From a virus (Duplodnaviria; Heunggongvirae; Uroviricota; Caudoviricetes), in the IMG/VR virus record IMGVR_UViG_2579779052_000010: 9,116 bases of DNA; one strand, given 5' to 3'. Below the pieces are notes generated by a model. The model was not told the origin of the DNA and did not search any database. It saw only the letters and a program-made list of their open reading frames with translations. Each line of letters opens with the position of its first letter. Position 1 is the first letter of the stretch. This document shows positions 1-8,113 of this stretch, in pieces. The position numbers were made by a program, and so were the translations under genes.

Positions 1-483
1 ATGACGAAGAAAAAAGCACATAAACCTGGTTCAGCGACCATCGCGCTTAACAAGCGCGCCCGTCACGAATACTTTATCGAAGAAGAGTTCGAAGCGGGAC
101 TTGCCCTGCAAGGCTGGGAAGTTAAATCCCTGCGCGCAGGAAAAGCCAATATCAGCGACAGCTACGTCCTTCTGCGTGACGGAGAGGCATTTCTGTTTGG
201 CGCTAACATCACGCCAATGGCCGTGGCCTCCACGCATGTGGTGTGCGATCCTACCCGTACCCGCAAGTTACTTCTCAACCAGCGCGAACTGGACTCATTG
301 TACGGTCGCGTCAATCGAGAAGGCTATACCGTAGTGGCGCTCTCCCTGTACTGGAAAAATGCCTGGTGCAAAGTGAAAATCGGCGTCGCCAAAGGTAAGA
401 AACAGCACGATAAACGTTCAGATATCAAAGAGCGCGAATGGCAGGTGGATAAAGCGCGTATCATGAAAAATGCCCACCGTTAA
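1..483 (+). CDS. smpB: SsrA-binding protein SmpB (complete, 160 aa)
   Basis: Translation [30 protein letters not shown]... matches enterobacterial SmpB as I recall it; stop TAA at 481-483; tmRNA gene lies immediately downstream, the conserved smpB-ssrA arrangement. Confidence 0.96.
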
Positions 484-653
484 ACCTGCACTCCAATTAT
501 TGACCAGTTCCTCACCGCGCCTCCCTCTCCGGCGGCGCGAATGAACATCTTATTGGTTATCACATCCGACACAAATGTTGCCATTCCATTGCTTAATCGA
601 ATAAAAATCAGGCTACATGGGTGCTAAATCTTTAACGATAACGCCATTGAGGC

Positions 654-683
654 TGGTCATGGCGCTCATAAATCTGGTATACT
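654..683 (+). promoter_or_regulatory. Putative sigma70 promoter of ssrA (-35 TGGTCA 654-659, 18-bp spacer, -10 TATACT 678-683)
   Basis: Hexamers read directly. The -10 sits about 15 nt upstream of the mature tmRNA 5' end at 698, consistent with a short 5' leader that is processed off. The -35 is weak. Confidence 0.35.
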
Positions 684-697
684 TACCTTTACACATT

Positions 698-1060
698 GGG
701 GCTGATTCTGGATTCGACGGGATTTGCGAAACCCAAGGTGCATGCCGAGGGGCGGTTGGCCTCGTAAAAAGCCGCAAAAAATAGTCGCAAACGACGAAAA
801 CTACGCTTTAGCAGCTTAATAACCTGCTTAGAGCCCTCTCTCCCTAGCCTCCGCTCTTAGGACGGGGATCAAGAGAGGTCAAACCCAAAAGAGATCGCGT
901 GGAAGCCCTGCCTGGGGTTGAAGCGTTAAAACTTAATCAGGCTAGTTTGTTAGTGGCGTGTCCGTCCGCAGCTGGCAAGCGAATGTAAAGACTGACTAAG
1001 CATGTAGTACCGAGGATGTAGGAATTTCGGACGCGGGTTCAACTCCCGCCAGCTCCACCA
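698..1060 (+). ncRNA. ssrA: tmRNA (transfer-messenger RNA, SsrA), 363 nt
   Basis: Starts GGGGCTGATTCTGGATTCGACGGG and ends GGTTCAACTCCCGCCAGCTCCACCA (tRNA-Ala-like acceptor/T-arm with encoded CCA). Internal tag frame present. Sequence agrees with E. coli tmRNA from memory. Confidence 0.96.
787..819 (+). other. tmRNA tag reading frame GCA AAC GAC GAA AAC TAC GCT TTA GCA GCT TAA (ANDENYALAA-stop)
   Basis: Direct translation from resume codon GCA at 787 to TAA at 817-819; canonical enterobacterial degradation tag. Confidence 0.9.
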
Positions 1061-1071
1061 AATAAAACAAA

Positions 1072-1100
1072 GGGTTACGTGAAAACGTAGCCCTTTTTTT
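1072..1100 (+). terminator. Rho-independent terminator downstream of ssrA (8-bp stem GGGTTACG/CGTAGCCC, 6-nt loop, T7 run)
   Basis: Stem 1072-1079 pairs with 1086-1093 (one G-U wobble), followed by TTTTTTT at 1094-1100. The minus-strand reading is also followed by a U-rich tract, so it may act bidirectionally. Confidence 0.6.
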
Positions 1101-1106
1101 ATGCCC

Positions 1107-1147
1107 CGTGGCGGCAAAATGGCGACAGACGATTGGGCGTGGCGACA
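1107..1147. repeat. Three copies of a 10-bp motif CGTGGCG(G/A)CA (1107-1116, 1118-1127 as aaTGGCGACA, 1138-1147)
   Basis: Read directly: CGTGGCGGCA, AATGGCGACA and CGTGGCGACA, lying between the tmRNA 3' end and the ogr terminator. Position suits integrase arm-type binding sites of the prophage att region; function not demonstrated. Confidence 0.35.
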
Positions 1148-1154
1148 TGGGCAA

Positions 1155-1176
1155 TAAAAAACCCGCCAGTGGCGGG
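1155..1176 (-). terminator. Rho-independent terminator of ogr (minus-strand stem CCCGCC/GGCGGG, 3-nt loop, U6 tract)
   Basis: On the minus strand CCCGCCACUGGCGGG (1176-1162) is followed by UUUUUU (1161-1156), directly abutting the ogr stop codon at 1179-1177. Confidence 0.55.
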
Positions 1177-1392
1177 TTAGTATGCAAACTGCTCCTGCAG
1201 GCCTTTTGGATGCGGTGGAGCTGCACTGATTTTCTCCGGGCGGCAAACCGATCTCACAAACGTTTCATGGGTTACAAACGTATGCCCGCATTCAATATTT
1301 GTACATTGGTTGTAACGCTCTTTGGTTTCGCTGGAGACCTGAAAGCTGCTGCGTGTATGTGCTGCCATTCCACACAACGGACAATTCATCAT
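1177..1392 (-). CDS. ogr: Ogr/Delta-family zinc-finger late transcription activator (about 71 aa)
   Basis: Translation MMNCPLCGMAAHTRSS...TKERYNQCTNIECGHTF has the CxxC...CxxxxC pattern and resembles P2 Ogr (MFHCPLCQHAAHARTS...). The supplied ORF starts at a TTG (1398); I prefer ATG at 1392-1390, preceded by AAGGAG with about 8-nt spacing. Last gene before the att end, as in P2. Confidence 0.85.
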   Translation of the reverse strand: MMNCPLCGMAAHTRSSFQVSSETKERYNQCTNIECGHTFVTHETFVRSVCRPEKISAAPPHPKGLQEQFAY

Positions 1393-1463
1393 GAGCAACT
1401 CTCCTTAATCATTTTTGCTGAAATCGCAATAATGATACACCATAATTCAATTTTGAGAACCAA

Positions 1464-2561
1464 TTATTCCATTTCGAGATCGTCTATTTTCACCTCAAAA
1501 TCCAGGCTGGTCGTAAATCCATTATCTGCAGTAACGGTATGGGTCAGCGTGGTAATGGTCCATTCAGCATCATCAATCTGCTTTTTGAACCCCTGCACCT
1601 TTACCGGCATTTCCGTATAGAGATCAGCGCGCCCTTCTGCCAGCTGCATAGAGAATGAGGCCACACCACGCTGCAGGCGCTCCCATTGCATTTTTGCTGC
1701 CCGTTCTGCATTGCTTCGGTTCGCATAAGTCCGACTGAGGACCAGCACGTTTTCATCCGTACCGACCAGGTAATCCCCCTGTTTCTCCTCCGGCGTTTTT
1801 GTCGTTGTGGTTTTACGCTTCCGCTTTACCTTTACCGCTTCTTTTTTTACCGGTTCCCGCGTATGTAGCCAGCTGGCAATAACGCCGGTATAGGCGCCAC
1901 GGTCTGCCAGAGTGAAGCGGTGGCCATCGCCATCTTTACGGGTAATCGTGATAACCGGCAGCGCTTTGCCACTGGCAGTTTTGCCCTGGCCCTGCCGGAG
2001 AAACAGCAGATTGCCATCCTTCACAGATGCAATGGCGCCATACTGGCGCGCCAGCCGCATCAGGAAACTGGCGTCGCTCTCGTTTGTCTGGTCGATGTGA
2101 TCGATCGCTTTGTCGGTCAGGTCTTTGCCCAGCGCCATTTTCAGGTTATGGCGCCCGGCTATTTCTTTCACCACCTCCCCCACGGTTGTCTGGTGCCATG
2201 ACTTTTCACGCCGGGTATTCAGCGTTTCCCGGAAGTCTGCGCTGCGGGCGCGAATGGTCAGACGGTCAGGCGCGCCACTGTGTTCAATTTCATCTACCGT
2301 ATAACCGCCCTTTGGGAACAGCGGCTGACCTTTCCAGCCCAGCGCCACGGTGATCACCGCTCCACGGCGCGGCAGCACAATCAGACCGTCCGCGTCGTCC
2401 AGCTCCAGATCAAGCTGGTCAGCCTCAAAGCCCCGGTTATCGGTCAGGGTCAGGCTCATCAGGCGCTTATCCAGCACCGTTGTAATATCCTTACCCTCAA
2501 TCGTGATGCTGAATGCTGGCGTTTTGCTGCCGGTATTCAGCAGCCCTGAATCAAAACTCAT
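1464..2561 (-). CDS. D: Phage late control gene D protein (P2 gpD-like tail protein), 365 aa
   Basis: Size, position (last tail gene before ogr) and sequence character match P2 gpD. Start ATG overlaps the U stop as ATGA at 2561-2558 (translational coupling). Confidence 0.88.
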   Translation of the reverse strand: MSFDSGLLNTGSKTPAFSITIEGKDITTVLDKRLMSLTLTDNRGFEADQLDLELDDADGLIVLPRRGAVITVALGWKGQPLFPKGGYTVDEIEHSGAPDRLTIRARSADFRETLNTRREKSWHQTTVGEVVKEIAGRHNLKMALGKDLTDKAIDHIDQTNESDASFLMRLARQYGAIASVKDGNLLFLRQGQGKTASGKALPVITITRKDGDGHRFTLADRGAYTGVIASWLHTREPVKKEAVKVKRKRKTTTTKTPEEKQGDYLVGTDENVLVLSRTYANRSNAERAAKMQWERLQRGVASFSMQLAEGRADLYTEMPVKVQGFKKQIDDAEWTITTLTHTVTADNGFTTSLDFEVKIDDLEME

Positions 2562-3043
2562 GACAGTAACCCTCCCACCGTTCCGCTGACGCTGCCAATT
2601 ACAGACGTTGCCGTGTCCTGCAGAATGCCCAGCTGATCGCTAAGGCTGCCGAACATATCTGCCAGCGACTCATCAACCCTTTTCAGTGACAATGAAAATT
2701 CAATCCGGCGCGGCATCCCGTCACGGAAAAATTCTGCTTTCGTCTGGTTCAGCCCCTCGATCACATACATGCCATAAATCGTGCCACTTCCCTCGATCAG
2801 GGGCCACGCCTTGCCCAGCTCCGCCATCTGTTCCAGCGCCAACATAGACAGCCTGCCGCCGGTGATTTCCGGTAACAGCACCCCGGATAGCGTCAGCGTG
2901 TCATTATCCGGCCCCAGAAATTGCGTGGTGGCGCGACGGTTTACGCGGCTGTTTGTCGCATGGCGCCAGCTTCGCTGATACTGCAGCTCCTGATAAGGGA
3001 CCGTGCGCAGCTCGAAAACAAATAATCCCAGCACCATCATCAT
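2558..3043 (-). CDS. U: Phage tail protein U (P2 gpU-like), 161 aa
   Basis: MMMVLGLFVFELRTVPYQ... N-terminus and size typical of P2 gpU. Start overlaps the T stop as ATGA at 3043-3040. Confidence 0.86.
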   Translation of the reverse strand: MMMVLGLFVFELRTVPYQELQYQRSWRHATNSRVNRRATTQFLGPDNDTLTLSGVLLPEITGGRLSMLALEQMAELGKAWPLIEGSGTIYGMYVIEGLNQTKAEFFRDGMPRRIEFSLSLKRVDESLADMFGSLSDQLGILQDTATSVIGSVSGTVGGLLS

Positions 3044-5835
3044 TCGTCATAGCCCCCCTGATCGCTGTAGTTACTCCGGGCCTTCGCCCTGATCCGACGG
3101 TCACGCTCATCGAGCTGGCGCGCCACCTCTCGCGCAATGTCCTGCGCATTCTGCCCTGGCTGCGCCTGGATAATAATCTGCGTGGGCGCGTCCACATGGA
3201 AAACTGGCTGCGCGCTTGCGCCCTGCCCCATCATCACGGCGCCCGATTTCACCGGCAGGCTAAACGGATGAAGCGGGGCCGCATCGACCGGCGCCGCAGC
3301 CACCCCCATCATCCCGGCAACCACCGAGGCCAGCGCCGCTGTGCGTCGCCTGCTGGTTACGTTTACCGGGCCGTTGACAATCTCCGGCCCATTCTCCCCC
3401 ACGATGCCAAACTGCCCGCGCGGGATATTGCCGCCGGTGTCGTACATTCCCGCGTAAGCCGGGAATCCGCCGGGCGGCAACATCACGCTGCCGTTACCGC
3501 CCAATGTGGCAGGCGTCTGATTTGGCAGCCTGGCGCTGGCGGCCTCTTTGTTAACCAGACCAAGTTTATCCAGCAACCAGACCACACCGGATTTCAGAGA
3601 CTCCAGCGGATGCAGTGCCATATTCAGCCCTTCCGCCAGCATTTCCCCGAACAAACGCCCCATTGATGCCGCGCTCTGCAGCTCTGCCGCCGTCGATTTA
3701 ACTGGCGTCAGCAAGTCGGTAAACCAGCCCCACAACTCCCTGACCTTATCCCCTACCCACTGAAAAATGGGCATTAGCGGGGTGAAGGCTGACAGGATCG
3801 GCGCAGCTGCCGCTTTGAACCCTTCCACCACGCCCCCCAGAAAGGCGCTGATAGGTTGCCAGTATTTCCAGACCACCATCGCCACCCCAGCCAGCGCAGC
3901 CACCACCAGACCGATCGGACTCAACAGCGCGCCCAACAGACCGCCCACAGAAAACAGCGCCACACGCAGCACTGCCAGCGGCCCGGAAACCAGCAAACGC
4001 AGCACCCCACCCGTGCGGGTCGCTGCAGCTGCAGCAGAAGGTAAAGCCTTAACCGCCAGCATCGACAGCGCGAACCGGATCACCGCAATCGGCCCCAGCA
4101 CTGCAGCCACAGCCACCGCCAGCGTACCCAGCCCGACAGTGATCGCCGCCGTCGCCGCAGCCACTTTCATCAGCGTGCCAGCCAGCACGGGATTCTGCTC
4201 AACCCAGCGCCGCAGCGCCCCGGTCACGCCTTTAACCATGCTCATGATATCCATCAGCGGCTGGCGCAGCGTTTCCCCCAGGCTGCTGAAAGCGTTCTGC
4301 GCGCCCGTCTTAACCAGCAACCACTGCGCAGACAATGAATCTTTATTAATGTCGGATTCTTTCTGCATTGAGCCGTTCGCATCAGCTCCGGCGGTGAGTT
4401 TCAACTGGCGCTGCAGCTCCGGCAGGTTGTTAGCCAGTTTCGCGGCATCATCGCCAAACTCTTTACCAAAAATCATCGTCATTGCAGACAGGCGCTTATC
4501 CTGCGGCAGCTTGTTGACCTTCTCCAGTACGCGCTGAATAGTGCCCATGGCATCCGTGGTCATCTGCTTTTCGATCTCTGCCGGATTGAGTTTCAGCAGG
4601 TCCATACCTTCAAAAAAGCGTTTGCTTTGCATGGTGGCAATGGAAAGCTCACGCACCATGGCATTTGAAGCACTGGCGGCAATTTCAGGCGCGGCGCCCA
4701 GAGAAAGGAAAGTTGAACCCAGCGCCGCCGCTTTGCGGAAGTCGAGGCGGTCAGCCACGCCCCCCATGCGCTGCAGGACGTTGATAATATCCCCGCCCTT
4801 TGACATGGCGTTATCGTCCAGGTAGTTCAGCGCATCGCCCAGCTGCTCAATGTTGCGCGTAGGCACTTTATACAGCTGCGCTATTTTTCCTAACCCCTCC
4901 GCCAGTTCATCTGCAGGCAGCTCAAAGGCCGTTGCTGCTTTAGCCGCGGTGGAGGCAAAGGCCAGCAGATCGCGCTTCTGGTCCTCAAAAGGATCATCCT
5001 GATTGATCACGCCCATGCGGGCGCCCCCCTCAACCAATGCCGCGTAGTCAATCGCGCCGTTCTCCATCGGCAGCTGCTCACTGGCTGCTTTGATGGCATC
5101 CTGCATTTCATAAAACTGCTTTGTGCGGTTGCCGTTGTCGTCACGCAGCCCATTAACCTGTTTTGCCACGCCTTTCATGGCATCTTCCATGCTGGCATAA
5201 CTCCTGACCGCAGCCACAACCGGCGCCCCCATTGCTGCGCCAGCGGCTGCCGTTGTCGCCCCGGCGCCAGCGATGCGATCACGAACTTCAAGACGGCGGG
5301 AATACTGCTCACGGACCGCATTCATCCGCGCCTGCTGTTCCCCCAGGCGTTTGAGTGATTTTTGCTGGCGGTCCAGCGCCTGCCGCGTTTCGTCAGCATT
5401 CTGCCGCAGCTCGCGCTGGGCGCTGCTAAGCTTGCGGGTATCCAGCCCTGCTTCATTCAGGGCCAGCCGCTGTTTTTGTACGGACTGACGCAAGCCGTTG
5501 TACTGCCCCTGCAGCTCATTAACACGGTTTTTTGCCTGTTCAAGCAGCCTGGCCTGCTGCGCCGTAGGGCGGTTGGTTGCTGAAAACTGCGTTGCAAGTT
5601 TTGCGGCCTCTTCGCGCGCAGCTTTCAGGTTTTGACCGGTGACGGCAAGCTGTCCGTTCGCCTTACGAAAGCCATCAATACGGGCGGCCTGAGAATCAAG
5701 CGCTTTAAGGCTGGCACGACTTTGCTGGATTGCGGCTGCCAGCTCCTTAGAGCTGGCCTGCGCAGAACGGAAGGGGCGGGTGAGTTTATCCACCGCGTTC
5801 AGAATGACCTGCAGGCGCAGGTTGTTATCGCTCAT
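3040..5835 (-). CDS. T: Tail tape measure protein (P2 gpT-like), 931 aa
   Basis: Long protein with a Q/R/A/L-rich, probably coiled-coil N-terminal part, an Ala/Gly-rich central stretch and hydrophobic Ala/Val/Leu segments later on; located between E/E' and U as in P2. Confidence 0.9.
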   Translation of the reverse strand: MSDNNLRLQVILNAVDKLTRPFRSAQASSKELAAAIQQSRASLKALDSQAARIDGFRKANGQLAVTGQNLKAAREEAAKLATQFSATNRPTAQQARLLEQAKNRVNELQGQYNGLRQSVQKQRLALNEAGLDTRKLSSAQRELRQNADETRQALDRQQKSLKRLGEQQARMNAVREQYSRRLEVRDRIAGAGATTAAAGAAMGAPVVAAVRSYASMEDAMKGVAKQVNGLRDDNGNRTKQFYEMQDAIKAASEQLPMENGAIDYAALVEGGARMGVINQDDPFEDQKRDLLAFASTAAKAATAFELPADELAEGLGKIAQLYKVPTRNIEQLGDALNYLDDNAMSKGGDIINVLQRMGGVADRLDFRKAAALGSTFLSLGAAPEIAASASNAMVRELSIATMQSKRFFEGMDLLKLNPAEIEKQMTTDAMGTIQRVLEKVNKLPQDKRLSAMTMIFGKEFGDDAAKLANNLPELQRQLKLTAGADANGSMQKESDINKDSLSAQWLLVKTGAQNAFSSLGETLRQPLMDIMSMVKGVTGALRRWVEQNPVLAGTLMKVAAATAAITVGLGTLAVAVAAVLGPIAVIRFALSMLAVKALPSAAAAATRTGGVLRLLVSGPLAVLRVALFSVGGLLGALLSPIGLVVAALAGVAMVVWKYWQPISAFLGGVVEGFKAAAAPILSAFTPLMPIFQWVGDKVRELWGWFTDLLTPVKSTAAELQSAASMGRLFGEMLAEGLNMALHPLESLKSGVVWLLDKLGLVNKEAASARLPNQTPATLGGNGSVMLPPGGFPAYAGMYDTGGNIPRGQFGIVGENGPEIVNGPVNVTSRRRTAALASVVAGMMGVAAAPVDAAPLHPFSLPVKSGAVMMGQGASAQPVFHVDAPTQIIIQAQPGQNAQDIAREVARQLDERDRRIRAKARSNYSDQGGYDE

Positions 5836-6276
5836 CGCTGGCTCCGCTTCTCTGTATCGCTTTGTACCGCCATTCCAGCACTTCGGTCAGCGGCATAACG
5901 TCAGTGACGGAGGGCGGCCAGTGAAAAATGGTGGCAATATCTGCCACCAAATCATCTACCGTCAGGCAGTCGGTAAACCGGCAAGCACCGACTTCTTCAA
6001 CAAAAAAGTGACCACCTCAACAGACAACGAGGTGAGATCGGCGGGGTCCAGCTCTGCCATTTCCTGCGGCGTCAGCGTCGGGGTGGAAATGCGGGGGATC
6101 ACCGTCATCATGGCGCCCACATCCATATCCATAAGGGCCTGCAGGCGCGTGCCACGCAGTGCGCCGGATTGCGGCTTACGCAGTACAATTTCAGTGATTT
6201 CAGTTTTACCACGCTTGATTGGGGTATCCAGCTGCACAGTCTTTTCAGTCAGTTTATCGCTCATTATCTTTTCCAT
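5825..6276 (-). CDS. gpE+E' frameshift fusion (about 150 aa: E residues 1-92, then 58 aa from the -1 frame)
   Basis: Hand translation of the -1 frame from 6001 gives VEEVGACRFTDCLTVDDLVADIATIFHWPPSVTDVMPLTEVLEWRYKAIQRSGASDER-stop, ending 11 nt inside the T start. This fills the otherwise non-coding 126-bp E-T gap. Confidence 0.65.
5962..6276 (-). CDS. E: Tail assembly chaperone gpE (zero-frame product), 104 aa from first ATG
   Basis: Small ORF between FII and T as in P2. A second in-frame ATG at 6264-6262 (MSDKL...) may be the true start. Stop TGA at 5964-5962. Confidence 0.82.
   Translation of the reverse strand: MEKIMSDKLTEKTVQLDTPIKRGKTEITEIVLRKPQSGALRGTRLQALMDMDVGAMMTVIPRISTPTLTPQEMAELDPADLTSLSVEVVTFLLKKSVLAGLPTA
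6001..6007 (-). other. -1 programmed frameshift slippery heptamer T TTT TTG (minus strand) in the 3' end of E
   Basis: Minus-strand codons ACT TTT TTG (Thr-Phe-Leu, residues 90-92 of E) form an X XXY YYZ heptamer. The -1 frame stays open for 58 codons to TAA at 5827-5825. A TTTTTTG site is the reported P2 E/E' recoding signal. Confidence 0.7.
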
Positions 6277-6313
6277 TAGGGTTATTGCGCGGCCTGCCGC
6301 GCCATCAGGTTAA

Positions 6314-6829
6314 TCAGAGGCCAATTGCGTTGCGGTGTTCTTCCAGCAGGTCCACACCATCACAAATTTCGACCATATTGATAACATCGACCTCATAGAG
6401 CACCTCACCGGCGATCGTCAGCTTCGCATAGGTATTGGTGCTGCTGACCTTCGTGGAATTGCTCTCGCCCGTTTTCAGTTCGCCAGCATCCACCTCTTTA
6501 TGGCGCCCACGTACAACCAGCTCAACCGCCTGCACTTCGCCGGTATCGTCACGCTGAATTGAGCCAGTGAAACGCAGCTGGATGCCGTCGACAGTGGCTT
6601 TCCCCATCTGCTTGTATAGCAGTGACTCCATACCGCCAATTGAGAATTCGGTATCCAGCGCGCCATCATCCAGCCCCAAATCCACATCTGCAGATCCCGG
6701 CATCCCGCCGCCGCGATATTTTTCAAACTTGCGTGAATACTTTGGCAAGGTGATTGACTCAACAATCCCCATCCAGTTGTTCCCGTCGTTAAACAGGTTC
6801 AGGTGCTTTAACTTGCGTGGTAATGCCAT
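6314..6829 (-). CDS. FII: Major tail tube protein (P2 gpFII-like), 171 aa
   Basis: MALPRKLKHLNLFNDGNNWMG... resembles P2 FII; strong RBS AAGGGGGA upstream of ATG at 6829-6827; directly downstream of the sheath gene. Confidence 0.92.
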   Translation of the reverse strand: MALPRKLKHLNLFNDGNNWMGIVESITLPKYSRKFEKYRGGGMPGSADVDLGLDDGALDTEFSIGGMESLLYKQMGKATVDGIQLRFTGSIQRDDTGEVQAVELVVRGRHKEVDAGELKTGESNSTKVSSTNTYAKLTIAGEVLYEVDVINMVEICDGVDLLEEHRNAIGL

Positions 6830-6838
6830 GTATCCCCC

Positions 6839-8011
6839 TTATGCGCTGACGCGGCTGGCAAAATCGACCAGATAGCGATCGGTGATGCGCTGGCGCAGCA
6901 TCAGATTTTCAAGCGGCGGCACTGGCGTATAGTCGTAGTCGATCGCCAGTTTCCCGGCTTTCAGGGTGTCCTTATCGTTCACCGACTCATCCAGCCAGCA
7001 ATCACCACCAATCAGATAGCCCTGGTTAACCAGGCTGCGCATTTTGGCGCGGATACCTTCGATAATGTCGCGGGCCAGTGATGGATTCAGCGGCATATCA
7101 ACTGCCCACATATGCGCTTCCGCCATGGTGTCAGCCAGCACCTGCGCCGTGCGGGTGTAGTTTTCAAACTGGAACAACGGATCATCACTGAGGCAACGGG
7201 AACCCCAGAAGCGGAAACCGTCTTTACGAATGAGGGTGGTGATATCGTTCTGGTTAAGCAGTCCCGCATCCGTTGCCGGGTCCTGCAGATCCCAGGACAC
7301 ATCAGCGGACAGGCCAGTGACGCCATTCACGCCCACGTTAGACAGGGTTTTGTGCCAGCCGGTCTGCTCGTCAATTTTGGCGCGCATACCCAGCGCGCGG
7401 GCGGTGGCAAAAGCCGTCGCATCCGCCTGCAGCACGGTGTCAAAGTTGATAAAGTCAGGCCAAATCAACATCCCTTCACGCTGGCTGAAATTCTCACGAT
7501 AGGCGATCGCTTCCTCCATCGTTTTGCAGCCATAGGCGGAAAGGTAAGCGAACCCGCGCAGGCTCTGCGCCACGCTAAGCAGTTCAGTGGAAACCGCCTG
7601 CGTATCATGGCCCGGCACACCGAGGATGCGCGGCTTAACGCCCAGCTGCGACTGCGCAGACAGCAGCGCTTTGATGCCCGTTTTTTTACCGTCTGCCGTG
7701 ACGCCGCCGATAATATTGGCGGTGGTTTCAGCTTCGGTTTCACCCTGGGCCACGCGGATAACCACGGTGACAGGCTTTGCCTGATCTGCAATAGCATCCA
7801 GCGAGCGGGCCAGCGTGCCGGACTCGCCTGCTTTGCCGCTGGCGGTCAGCACATCGGTCAGAAGGACCGGCTTATTGAGGGGGAACACGGACGCATCGGC
7901 ATCATCGCCGGTGCAGACCATGCCCACGATGGCTGCGCTCACCGTGGTAATCGTTCGGGTGCCTTCGTTGATTTCTTCAACGCGCACGCCGTGGTGGTAA
8001 TCCTGAGCCAT
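6839..8011 (-). CDS. FI: Contractile tail sheath protein (P2 gpFI-like), 390 aa
   Basis: [19 protein letters not shown]...LIWPDF...[16 protein letters not shown]...[13 protein letters not shown] closely resembles P2 FI as recalled; RBS GGAGA about 9 nt before ATG at 8011-8009. Confidence 0.93.
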   Translation of the reverse strand: MAQDYHHGVRVEEINEGTRTITTVSAAIVGMVCTGDDADASVFPLNKPVLLTDVLTASGKAGESGTLARSLDAIADQAKPVTVVIRVAQGETEAETTANIIGGVTADGKKTGIKALLSAQSQLGVKPRILGVPGHDTQAVSTELLSVAQSLRGFAYLSAYGCKTMEEAIAYRENFSQREGMLIWPDFINFDTVLQADATAFATARALGMRAKIDEQTGWHKTLSNVGVNGVTGLSADVSWDLQDPATDAGLLNQNDITTLIRKDGFRFWGSRCLSDDPLFQFENYTRTAQVLADTMAEAHMWAVDMPLNPSLARDIIEGIRAKMRSLVNQGYLIGGDCWLDESVNDKDTLKAGKLAIDYDYTPVPPLENLMLRQRITDRYLVDFASRVSA

Positions 8012-8033
8012 AAGGCATTATCTCCGGTTGACA

Positions 8034-8101
8034 GGGATGCCTTATGTTCTGGTTGATACGCACGCGGCGCACGTGTTTCTGCCTGTGCCATCACTGACAC
8101 A
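8034..8101 (-). promoter_or_regulatory. Candidate Ogr-dependent late promoter for the FI-FII-E-T-U-D operon, with TGT-N12-ACA dyad at 8084-8101
   Basis: TGTGCCATCACTGACACA contains the TGT-N12-ACA element that P2/P4 late promoters carry near -55. It lies 73-90 nt upstream of the FI ATG with -10-like CATAAG (8046-8041) about 45-50 nt downstream of the dyad centre. The motif is short and could occur by chance. Confidence 0.4.
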
Positions 8102-8113
8102 ATAACGGGGTTT

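Noticed and set aside
31-334. Short ORFs overlapping smpB (31-237 minus, 101-334 plus)
   Set aside because: Alternative frames within a well-supported conserved gene.
950-1246. Minus-strand ORFs of 98 and 76 aa overlapping the tmRNA 3' domain
   Set aside because: Antisense to a highly conserved structured RNA gene; no coding support.
1393-1398. TTG start for ogr used by the ORF track (1398)
   Set aside because: ATG at 1392-1390 has a better-spaced AAGGAG Shine-Dalgarno and gives an N-terminus (MMNCPLC) that aligns with P2 Ogr.
1108-1620. 170-aa plus-strand ORF downstream of ssrA
   Set aside because: Overlaps ogr and the 3' end of D on the opposite strand and crosses two terminator hairpins; spurious.
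2953-3666. 237-aa plus-strand ORF
   Set aside because: Antisense to the U/T junction and 3' end of T; Arg/Pro/His-rich, no support.
3767-4537. 256-aa plus-strand ORF, Ala/Pro/Ser/Thr-rich
   Set aside because: Lies entirely antisense to the tape measure gene; low-complexity composition typical of shadow ORFs in GC-rich coding DNA; no RBS or gene context.
5780-6313. 177-aa plus-strand ORF spanning the E-T gap
   Set aside because: Antisense to E and the start of T; the gap is better explained by the minus-strand E' frameshift extension.
7112-8056. 314-aa plus-strand ORF
   Set aside because: Antisense to the tail sheath gene FI, which has a clear homologue and RBS; Arg/Gly/Ala-rich shadow ORF.
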